A stretch of DNA of 64,000 nucleotides from Phoronis australis (lineage: Eukaryota; Animalia; Phoronida), in assembly GCA_002633005.1 (NCBI GenBank), contig NMRA01000962.1, positions 23,789-87,788 of the forward strand. Reading direction: 5' to 3'. The notes below the pieces were generated by a model. The model worked only from the letters and a program-made list of their open reading frames with translations, had not been told where the DNA came from and searched no databases. The translations under genes and the position numbers were made by a program. Position 1 is the first letter of the stretch. Every line of letters starts with the position of its first letter. Positions 13,811 through 25,099 of this stretch are shown here, one piece after another.

Positions 13811-14910
13811 GAACATCGATGGCAAACTGTATTTACAAACCAATGATGTATCCATGGGATCACCTCTCGGACCAACTTTTGCTGATTTTTACATGTGCAA
13901 CATTGAAGCTAAGCTTATAGATAGTCTTCAGGAAAAGCCGAACATGTACTGCAGACATGTTGATGACATCTTTATGATTGTCAACCATGATAAGCTGATG
14001 GAGATCAAACTCTCTTTAGAGCAAAATTCTGTATTAAAATTTACGTATGAATTACCAGTTAACAATAAACTACCGTTCTTAGACGTGCTTATTGATTATG
14101 ATGAATCTGGCATTAAAACCTCAGTATACAGGCAACCTACATATGATGGGGTTTGTTTACATGAAACTAGCCAATGTCCTCTGAGATATAAACTCTCTGT
14201 TTTGACAAGCTTTTTGAAAAGAGCATATTCCGTTTGTTCAGACTGGAAAACCTTCGACACTGAGTGTAATCGCGTTAAGCAAATTATGATAAATAACGGT
14301 TACAGTAATAAGTTTGTTTATGAGAATATGAAGCTTTTCCTAAGCCAGTTGCAGAAGCCTGTGTGTTTAAAAGAAGGAAGTGATTGTACCAAGGAAACTA
14401 TTCTACCGTAACCAATTCCATTCACGTTATATTGAAGATGAACGAGTTTTAAATCGGATTATCCATAATAACGTTAAGACCGTTAAGACAGAAGACAGCT
14501 TTAAGTTAATTATATATTACCAAAACCATAAAACTAAAGATCTTGTTCTTAAAAACAATATGTGCTCAAAGTCTGTCCGAGTGTTAGCCAAAACTGACTT
14601 GATTTGTCAGTTCAATTGTCCCCACAACGAATGAATTCGTTTAAACACTGATTGCTCAAGGTATTTTGGTTATACAACTTGCACTTTATCTCGCCGGTTA
14701 TCTATGCATTTACAGAATGGATCAATTAAAGATCACTTTCAAACACTCCACAAACAGCAAATTTCTCGTTCAAATATTGTTGACAATGCCATCGTCAGGT
14801 ATTTCGAACGTTGTTTGAAAATACTCGAAGCTTTTATGATAAAAACTGAAACTCCTGGCATAAATTCCCAAGATACTGGGTTCCATCGTACCTTGTCGTT
14901 ATATAAATAA
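13811..14910 (+). pseudogene. Penelope RT (C-terminal half) plus GIY-YIG endonuclease, frameshifted
   Basis: YLQTNDVSMGSPLGPTFADFYM, YCRHVDDIF, LPFLDV, NNGYS; then ICQFNCPHNE*...RYFGYTTCTLSRRLSMHLQNGSIKDH...LEAFMIKTETPGINSQ. Confidence 0.9.
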
Positions 14911-16199
14911 TGTCCATAAGTTGTAACACCTATGTATTTTTTAAAATTTTTATAACGTTTCATAGTACATTAGTTTCCATGACAATTCCTTCTGTAATTG
15001 AGCTCTTATGTATGCAACCTTATATTCGTGTTTAATGTCATTGTTCTTGTTTCATGTGTCTTACACGATAGCGTTTACGATTTTTAAATTTATTTGCCTT
15101 TGTATAGTCGAAGTACTGCTACTGTTTTATTATATATTTACTCATATGTATGTGTTCGTGATGCCACTTACACTGGGCGATCTATTATATCAAATACCAT
15201 CCGATGAAAGACACTTGTGTAGACACTACGAAAGTTTGTTGTACAAACTAATTAAAGCAAAGAACAGCTTACTTTTCAATGCAACATATATACATATACA
15301 TATACATATATAAATATATATGTATATGTATATGTATATATATAGCATCACTCGGGTAAAGCTCCGTGCGCAATGCTGTACTTCCACATGTCAACACAAT
15401 GATATGCGTTTTTAAAAGTAAATAATAAAGTAAAATTGGATATTGTTGATATTTTTTCTAAATACATGTATGCTGAGTAGTTTTGCACCTGAACAGAATA
15501 CTTAAACCACAAAAAAGTCTCGAATAAGCCACAATATATTTGGGATTAGGAAAGCAATAAGTATTATCAATGCATTACTCCTTTTGGTTACCTATTGCTT
15601 TATACCAGATGATGTTCTGTACCGTCAAATATGCTTGATTGTTTTAGCTCCATGATAATTTAATAATACTGTTATGGTGGGAACCTTGCCCTGGTGTTTT
15701 GTTACCGTGTTAATCTGTCATTACTTTCTAAATACCTTCAATCATATTATTTTTCATTAGTTTTTTCTTCTCGCAATACGTTATGTGTCATCAAACTGTT
15801 ATTGATGTCGAGGTGTCTGTAAGTGAAAAACGCTGCACGACTCTTCGCTTAGATCGCGTGACTTCCCTTTTTACTAGGTACACAACTTCGAGCCGCGTAC
15901 TAACGAATGTCTAGTTAGCTACGAAAAGCTCATGCATCGACGTCAGGAATATTATTGAGCAGCGCCTTTTGGTCGATGGTCAGATAGAGGTCAATCTACG
16001 ACCAGATACTTATTTAAATTTCAAAGTCTTATTCACTAACAGGAAACTATTAGAAAACATAGATGAAAAGAAGAACGTCGACGGAACCGACCTAAGAGCG
16101 AATAAAATAGTCAACAATAAATAACTGCAAATGAACTCACAGTCCCTCTGACAACAGTATACAACAAACTATTGCAATCAGGAGAAATCCTAGGTCTTG

Positions 16200-17140
16200 G
16201 AAACTCAGAATAATGATACCTGCACAGAAAAAATGACTCAAAAACTGGCATTGCCAACTATCACCCTTTAACAATTCTTATCTCCTAATCGAAAATATTA
16301 AAAAACCTTGGCCAGCAAATGTTTAAGCACCACTCAGGACCTAAGGTACTATCTACAGTTCGGATTCATGCCTGATAAAAGCATTGTGTCACAACTCGTT
16401 GAAATTGTGCACGAAATTCATCTGCTGTTTGAGCAACGTTCTAAAGTAAGGTCTATATTTCTAGACATTACGTCAGCTTTCAATGTTGTTCCCCACGATC
16501 TGCTGCACAACACAAGTTGCAATCATATGGTTTCTCAGGCACTCTCTTCCAACTCTTACAGTCCCATCTCACTAATTTGTCGCCCTTACAAAATGCGGAT
16601 CGGTGGAGTGCCGTCACCCTCGTTTTCGCCCGGCTTCGTTAATGCTGGAGTATCTCAGGGTAGAGTACTACGCCTTCTCCTCTTCTTATTTTAAATTAGT
16701 TATCTTCCGGACTCTATAAATTCTAAAGCCTTCTTATACACTGAAGACACCCTCAGCATTCCCTACAATTACAATCTGGGCTGGACAAACTCTCAGGATG
16801 GTCTCAAACTTGTATGGTGAATTTTGAACCTGAAAAAGTGTTGATTTAATATTTTCGAGATCTAACAGTACACAGAACACAGGCCATCACATAAATCCAA
16901 TCTTTGATCTACCACTCGATGGAGAAAGTATTCCCAAATGACTCACACAAACACCATGGTGTATAGTTGGATGAAAAGTTCACATTAACATCTTACTGTC
17001 GTGAACTTATTCAAAATGTACAAAAGCTAATTAATGCAATCAAAATTGTTTCTCATCGTCTCAACACTGTGCATCTTGAAATTCTTTTCAAGTCTTATCA
17101 GTGTGCTCCCACCCCAAGATATCAATGATATCATTCACCA
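16200..17140 (+). mobile_element. Degenerate LINE RT fragment (CR1/L2/Jockey group)
   Basis: QFGFMPDKSIVSQL...IFLDITSAFNVVPHDLL...GVSQGRVLRLLLFLF (QxGF, FLDxxxAF, GVPQGSVLGPLLF motifs); decayed downstream. Confidence 0.8.
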
Positions 17141-17159
17141 ATCATAGAACGTACTTACT

Positions 17160-19440
17160 TGTAAACATGGTGGTGTCTGCTACCCAGCATCGTCGTCAGT
17201 TAGGAGTCCACCTTCATCGTGGGTTTCGACCTTGACCTATAACCCTCTGATTGTAGGTTTCTGAATGCTGATAAGACCTCCAGCCTACGCTGGGGTTACC
17301 ATTTGTTTTCACGTTGTAACCACATCCACACGGTTGCGTCCTCCGCTGCTCTTATTGTAGACTTGAATATCCGCTACATGCTGCCTTCAATAAGCCCTCG
17401 ACATCCAACTTCTTTGGGAAGACATAAGCACTTCCAGCCATTCGCTGCACATTCATGCGAAAGCTCTACGTACATGAGTAGTTTCCTCTCGTGAACCTCC
17501 AGCATTCCAGTCTCCCACGGCACAGTTAACTAAATCAAAATCACTATCTTCTTGCTGTCTGACCACAACACTTTGTCTGGTCTTAACTGTTTTACTGCAA
17601 TATGGCTGGGGAATGAACCCCACTGACCATATCCGCTGCAATCTTCCAGTCGGCAGCCCTGCCTAGAACATCTAAATCGCACTTCTTAGTGAATATTCCG
17701 CCTTTGTAGAATTGAATTAATGCCTTGCCAGAGTTAGTCACACCCCTTCTCTCCAGATCTTAAACATGTGCAATACACTGTGTAACGGCGCCAGGTGTAC
17801 TTTCCTGAAGTGAGAGCTTCTCTGCATTTGGATAGAGCGTGCTCTAAGGTACACCGCTTGCCACAGTCGTTGCAGCTGTTATTCTCAGTTTTTAGCTACG
17901 TTCTAAGATTGACAGGAGTTTGCAGAGTGTCATATATGAAGCCAAGTAGAAAACCCAATCTGAACTGGTCTGAAGACAGAAGATCTTTACCAGTTATCCT
18001 TCTGCTGTACACTATTTCCCATGATGTCCATGCACCCTGTTTCGTCAGTCCGACTGCCTCAGTATATCTTCTTTCATTCTCCTGGGATCTAACTTCGTCC
18101 AGAACCATTTTGCGCCTCTCAATGCCTGTTGACGACTTCCATCTCCTCTCTGGAAGTATTCTCAATCCCTGTCTTCCATGGCAGAAGGTGACCACGATGT
18201 CTTTACGTTTTCTCTCCGCCTCCTCTACTGCTACAGCAGCCTTCCACGTTCTTCCGGAGTCTACCGATAATTCACTCTCTCTGATCATTTCATCTCTCGA
18301 GTTCCGCAGAATCAGTAATGTTCTGCACTTCATCACCTTGAACTTCTCTACAATCGATGTCACTGATAGAGAAACTGCACCTTCTTTGATGTATTAGCCG
18401 AGTCTTTGAAAGCTTGGTGGGACACCCAACCACTTCCTTATAACCATCTGCTCACCATCCTTTCCATTTTCTCTGAAGTTGAAATTGAGATCGTACATCG
18501 TCAGTGGCCACATAACATATGGGAAAAAACCAAATCGGTAACACGAGATTTAAATCTAAATCTGCTAGGGAGACCGCTCGTCTCAATCTTGGTCAAACTG
18601 TCATTAGCTCTGTGATGGCTGCCTTGAAAGGCTCCTCATCTTTCAAAGCCCTTCTGTAGGACTTCCCTAAGAATTTAACTGGTTTACTGCTCACATATGG
18701 AATGGCCTCTGATCCTATCTTGAACGCACATGTATGGTGTTGGTTGTCTTTTCCCTTCACAATCACAAGGCTTCGAGACTTTTCCACCTTGAAACTCATA
18801 CGTGCCCAACTGGCTAGCTCGCCCAGTGTCTTGACCAACCAAGCGGCACCTACAGCAAACCCTGTTGTAATCGTCAAATAGTCCACAAATGTTCTGCAAG
18901 GTGGCATCGTTTTACCCTGCAACAAAGGCCCTCTGCACTCTTTACTAGCCCGCTTGGCTATAACATTCATAGCCATGATGAAAAGGATGATCGATATGGT
19001 GCATCTTGTCATTATCCCTTTCTTTAGTGGCTGCCAACCAATAGTGAAGTCATTGACTGTGAACCTCATATAAGTCCCATAGAAATAACTTAAAATGAGA
19101 TCTAGAAGTTTTCTAAGAATATGATAGATCTCCGTTGCTAATTCGATTAGTGCATGGGGCATCGATCCATAGGCATTTGCCATGTCCAACCGTACCACTG
19201 CTAAGTCTGTCTTGTTTCGCTTAGCATCTTTTATGAGCTCTATTATGGCGCTATTATGCTCCAGACACTCAACATATCCAGGAATTCTACCCTTCCGTAC
19301 CGAGACATCTACAAACTTGTTGCTCAGGGGATAACTCGTCATCCTGCTTGAAATGACTGCAAAATAGGACTTTCCCTCTGCATGTACATCTAAAAGCGAG
19401 ATGGGACACAGGTATACTTCACCAATTTCTGATGGCACCT
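17160..19440 (-). mobile_element. HERO-type non-LTR retrotransposon (RT, zinc knuckle, restriction-like endonuclease), 5'-truncated and decayed
   Basis: CPISLL...EGK...VRKGRIPGYVECLEH...LDMANAYGSMPH; GRTWKAAVAVEEAE; DTLQTPVNL...CNDCGKRCTLEHALSKC; RPDKVLWS...LTVPWE...EVGCRG (RLE PD-(D/E)xK region) followed by 3' UTR. Confidence 0.85.
17189..17247 (-). ncRNA. Hammerhead-like motif with rearranged strand order in HERO 3' UTR (candidate)
   Basis: Minus strand GAGGGUUA UAGG UCAAG GUC GAAACCC ACGAUGAAGGUGGACU CCUAA CUGACGA C GAU: contains GAAA and CUGANGA cores and complementary segments for stems I-III. Confidence 0.4.
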
Positions 19441-22400
19441 ACACTTGGTTTTACATAGACCTGAACAGATTTTCTTGAAACTTGATGAGGGCTTGTGCTA
19501 CCCCTACATATGCACGAAGTCACCTTTGATCTTTCTGACACAAGCCTCGTTTTCGCTTTTATGCTGATCTTGCAAAAATGGCCTTTTCGACACTTATTTT
19601 AATAAAACAGCTGACAGAAACACATTTGATATTTTCGATAGACACACTGGCTCTTCAAATATTGAAAATTTTTGCGAATTTCCAGCGGGCTGATTTTAGC
19701 CATTTCCAATGAGAAAGATAGGATAAGATATACCATGTGTGAACACGAGACCAGTGTGATTTGATAAGCCTTCACTAGGTTATGCGTGCTGAGAGCTTTT
19801 CTGTACACCGTGTGGGTCAGGTATGTTAGATGGCCTTGATTGCTTGTCCTGATGATGATGTTTGAGACATTGAAGCTTGTTGAAGTTGAAAAATTTCATT
19901 GTTTTCAATAACAATTTATTACATATGAATATCAAAAGTTGTGGTTAACATTTACTTTTACTGAGTACACCTTGCACTATTTGACTGCTCAGATACAATT
20001 TTATAAGAAGAAATGCACAACAAATATCACGATTCGTTGACGTCATGTGGGTTTGGAGATCATTTTTAATTTAGAGGGTTTGCGACCATCGGAAGCCCAA
20101 GAAGGGGGGATCGTTACCTCCTTCTCTTAACTTTAGCGATTTTTCTATGCGGCCTGGTGACAACATTCACTTCAATATCGGTAGTGATGGGTAATGGAAC
20201 AAGAGTGAAAGCAGTGATGATTGTGAGGTTCCGAGGGGTCGGGCGACTTTGGTCCCTCTACAAATTACAAAACGCAATTATTTTAATACAACTAGATCTG
20301 GGCATATAACACAGTGTTACTAAGATCAGGCCCTAAAATACACTATATTAGTATGTAACTAAGAAACATATAACTTTTACCTTTAACAGGCTTGGCTATG
20401 GGTTATGAAATAGTCTCGTTGTTTGTGATTTCCTTCTAAGAGTTGTGTTAGCGACAATACGTTTTAGCCTGAAGAAATGTAAGCAATATCTGCTTGAGTT
20501 ATCTCAGCAGTCATGCATTAAAAGTCTCGTTTTCTACAAAACAACCAATTTTAAACAAAACAGCAGAAGCACCTTTAACGCATACAACAGTAACGCTATG
20601 GAACTCCGCTACCAAGTCTTTAACAACTTCAATAACAAAATGCGCTGTGTATTAATTAAGACGATATTTAATACTGTTATTGACTACACTGATGTCAAAT
20701 ACTTCTAAGGAATCTGAAGAAGTTCTCTTACTAATAAAACGCAATGAGACAACGGATGGTTTTCATGGCAACAGTTTAGTCTTTGGCTTATTAACCTTGA
20801 TCTTTTATCTAAACATCTAAAAGAAACACTTTATTTTATTATGTGTGGATGTAAGTTACTTTGATCTTGTGGTGACACCTATAGGCTAAATTAGGAATGT
20901 TCAGCCCACGTGTGTAACTGAGAATCAAGTCAACTCATTACTGGTTTATCTGAAGTCATGTTTGTAACGCTGAAAATGCTGGCATGAAGCTAGTAACACT
21001 GACTATGAGAGTAAAATACAGAAAAGGGTGATAAAGATACAGCAAGTTTAGGTTACTCATCAAAACATTCCTCTTCACGTTGATTGGTATCAAACACGTG
21101 TTCACTACTATCTAAGTGGATCTCCCACGTGATTTACGTTAAATGAAAGTTTGAGTTGACTTTGGAATGTCTTGTGGAGACCATTGAATGATGCCCAGGG
21201 TTATGAACAGGGGCCGCACATGGAGGCGTCTCTCTGATTTGATTAGCGTTTTCTTTCGTTAAGAATGGAAGGATGACGTCGAGTTTAGTACTCTATGAAA
21301 GGGTACATACATGTGGTGTTTGGCTCCATTAACACTGGAGCTCTAAAGAAGAATGGTGTCAGTTAGGTTTGTTGGATTAAAGGGTAACTGTCAATTTTAC
21401 AGTCGACAAAAGCTTTGACTAGTAATATAAAATAACTTAACCCGTTGCGTTTTTGTGACTTTTCTACAAATCGCCATTTTTCGCCGTTGTCTGTCAGACG
21501 TTCGCTGGTATCAAGGTCGGTGTATCTATCGTTTAAATACGTTTAAAATCCTTTGCTAATAGTTAACGTTGGGATTTGGCTAAACCGCTGCTTATTGTGC
21601 ACCATTGCTAATTTCTGTAAAATAATTTTTCTCGATGGCAAAGTCAATAAAATGATCAATTTGTTGCATGTAAAACCTACGAGAAACCCCGCTACAGTAG
21701 ACAGAAGCCCTCAGCAGATCGTGTCACAGATGGGTTATCATCATGAGAACTCGAAAAGGCCGGACATCCTTACTTTCAAGGGCTCATTCAGTCAAAAATG
21801 GTGGAGTCATCACCCAACCCCTCACATGTGACTGTTTGGCATATTTCGACAGAAAAACTGAACAGTTTAATCACAACTATTCCTCAAACAAAAACATTAA
21901 AACAAGCTCTCTGAACGTTATGTTCAAAAGCAGTGGCACAGTATTTATACATTAGCCATAATGGAGTATATGCATTTATTTTATATTTCAAAGAAGACTA
22001 ATTCCTGATGTTGGACGCATCAATTATTATGAGTAAATTATTTCTGTGGTGTACATGTTTTGCATTTAAAAGGATACCAAACACTGTTTTGGTGATTTCA
22101 ACCAATCGCCGTTCTGTCATCTGCTAACGCATCATTTGCGTCCCACATGAGTGACTAAAGCAGGATTAAATTGAAAACTCATGCTCCCTATGTCACAAAG
22201 ATGTTTTCAAATTTTGCTTATGAGGATTACATAGAATTATTTTGTTTCAGAAAACTGGATGGGAAGGTTGCTTTCAATATCTGATACTAGGCCAAAATCG
22301 GATTTGGTATCCTTTTAAGTATCAAAAACGATCGACAAAATGTGTTTACTTTTACAAATTTGAATCCAAGCTCAAAGACGGTCTTCACATTTTCGTAGAC

Positions 22401-25099
22401 GCTAACACAAAAAGAAAACACACTGCGCTTTTAAAATCAAGTATACACCTGATAAAATAGTGTCAAAAATACCCAATGCCTTCGAAACGTTGAAACGGGA
22501 CGATTTCAGTAATTCTTCATATTTCAAGGTTAACCTTATGTTGAAAATACATCAGATGTCAACTAAAAAAACATTTGCGCATGTAACAACGAAAGAGCGC
22601 TCTACTAAAGCCCGCATTTAAAATGTAGTCTAAAGATTGCCATTTCTGTACCGAACGTTACAACCTTATAATTCTCCGTTACGAATTGATCCTTCCGTTA
22701 CAAATTGACACCTGCGTTGTCTTTTGTCCCCGCCGTTACGTTTTTGACTAAATAAATAAAAGGAAAAAGAAAGTGTCTAGTTTTATTGTTAATTCCAGTC
22801 AAAGAGACGTAAAACCACCGATGGTTACGGATTGTCGTGGATAAAACCCTAGTCATATAGGAGACAAATTGGCCCACCTAATTTCTAACGGACCCATTGG
22901 ATCATTAAAACTATTTCCCAGCAGGTTTACCTTGTCATTTATACAACCCCTCTGGTCCTTTTTTAAGTTGCTATTAAAATATAAATTAATTAACAATACA
23001 CTTAATTAGTTGACTAATTCGTGCAAAATGATAAGTTATTCCTGTGGTGCATTATTTATCTTTTGTTTCTGGCATAATCTTACACCATCAAAACCTGATG
23101 AAGGACTTTCTAATGATATGACTCTTACGTAATTCGGCTGAAGAACGGCTGAGTTGCGAAATGTGTTAGTGACACAGTAAAATATACACATTTTTTTCTT
23201 ATGGACTTAGAGTTAAAATATATATTTGTTATTATTTGATGTCTATGATTTTGGTACTGTATAATAGCTCATGTGGTGCTCGGTCATGTGTATTTTATTT
23301 AAGTAAATTGTAAGCTTTTGAAATTGTTGTAATACATCTAGACTGACTTTTTCATTGTCTCAGTAAATCAAACCCATTGTATTGTTCTCTTCTCACCAGT
23401 GAAAAGTGAAGGGTAGAGTTTGTAGAGTTGTGGAAGGAAGCCGGGTTTCTGATAAAATATTTTTGTGTGTTCTGTACTTAGGAGTGAATGAAATTAAACA
23501 CATATTTGAAAGATGACCTGATGAAATATGTAATGCGTAAGTAATTGTACGGTTAATGCTCCCTGTAGAACAGTGTGTTTTGGGACCCAGTGTGACGGCA
23601 TGTCTACTCTTATTTCCGTGTCCAAATTGTGTCATCTGCCATAACACGTGATCACAAAACATCTAAATTTGTTGTTATCATGACCTATTTTATATACACC
23701 GATGTGTCACTTGTACGTTCTTTAGCTAGATAGCTCGTGTTCATTCAGTTCAATAGTTGCACTTAACTCTGACGGTCAAGTCGTGTTTGTGTTTTGCTCT
23801 AAAAATTGTTTTTCCACCCTTTGCCCTACATTGCAGCTTTCGTCGCCAATCATTTTTCTGTTAGAAAAACAGTTTTGAAAATGGTATCACTTATCTTACA
23901 ATAAACATCACAACCACATTTTCTGTTTTCGAGCTCCTATAACGTAGCTCAAAACACCGCACCATTAACCATTAAATTATTTTCTTCGCACGAGTTTTAG
24001 TTGTTTGTTGCGCTACACGGGATAAATATATGTTAGGACCCGTTTTGTAAATGTCATTGCAACCTGAATTTTTACTGAAAAAAAATGTATTCACACCAAA
24101 CAGCAGCAAAGTTCTAAATGATTTATAGGCTAAACTTGTATAATTTTGGATTAATGCCTGACTACATTCATCACAGCAGTTGTAGGGCACCCGTATCCTA
24201 AAGTCTTTGTCTTTATTGCCTGGTTGTAAAACTATATTTTTGTTATTACTGGTCATAGGTATTCGTATCAGAGTTGGTGCGTGATAATGCCTATATATTT
24301 TAAGGAAATTGTAAACTTTCGAAATAATTGTAATACGTCTAATTGACTTAAGTTTACGCTTTATCAGTTAGGCAGCGGCTGTAGGCCGAACCATGACCGG
24401 CATTCGAAATCGCCGAATCCCAAGCAGATGATCCTCTGTTTGACAATGTTTGGGGGTCATGACACTGTAAACTATTCCACAAAATATAAATGGAATTTGT
24501 TTGAAAGAAGTTTTTGTAACAGTAGTTCTAAACGCCGGGACAAGCGAACCAAACAACTACCGACGCGCGCGCGGCGAAACCTCAGCCGCGCGATTGACAT
24601 TTCACTCCTGGAGATCTATGGTCTGCAGTGACCAATGAAAAGACGCTATTTTTGGGAGACTTGCACATTTATTTTCGCCGCAAGGATCAGTAGACAAAGT
24701 GGGTCACTCCCGCCGGTGGCTATCTCCCGTGCATTGGACTGTGGCTGTTGATTGGAGTTTTCGAAGTTTGCATTAACAGCCAGGGGGTTCAGGGGTTCGA
24801 TCGAACCCACCCCCCGCGGAAAAGGTCCAGCTATTGCCTATCCGATAGAATAAGACAGGATATAGATGGACAACAACAACAACAACAAAACTGTTGCGGC
24901 TACTAGCGCTACTAACCACGAATTCCTATGCCAAATGACGTCGTATGGATTTTGCAAGCTATTATTTAACTTGCGAGATCCATGTGACGGGCGTCACATG
25001 GTTATCGCCTACGGGACGCGTTTCCCTTCTTTTAAATTCAGTACACGCTGATGGTAAGTTCACTGACTACTCTGTCGTTTCTCGGAAACCAGACATTAA

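Larger units (their letters stand above)
12938..15343 (+). mobile_element. Penelope-like retroelement (Naiad-type), 5'-truncated, with inverted pseudo-LTR, within (TA)n microsatellite
   Basis: RT and GIY-YIG fragments; ~800-bp inverted repeat 12979-13810 / 14528-15285; both ends terminate in the ORF N-terminus (MPLTLGDLLYQ...SLLFNETCIKEGLLP) running into TA-rich repeats at 12938-12977 and 15286-15343. Confidence 0.9.

Noticed and set aside
17795-18397. 200-aa plus-strand ORF
   Set aside because: Antisense shadow of the HERO ORF on the minus strand
23135-23170. CTGAAGA...GCGAAA hammerhead-like spacing
   Set aside because: Stem II lacks the closing pair and no stems I/III can be formed
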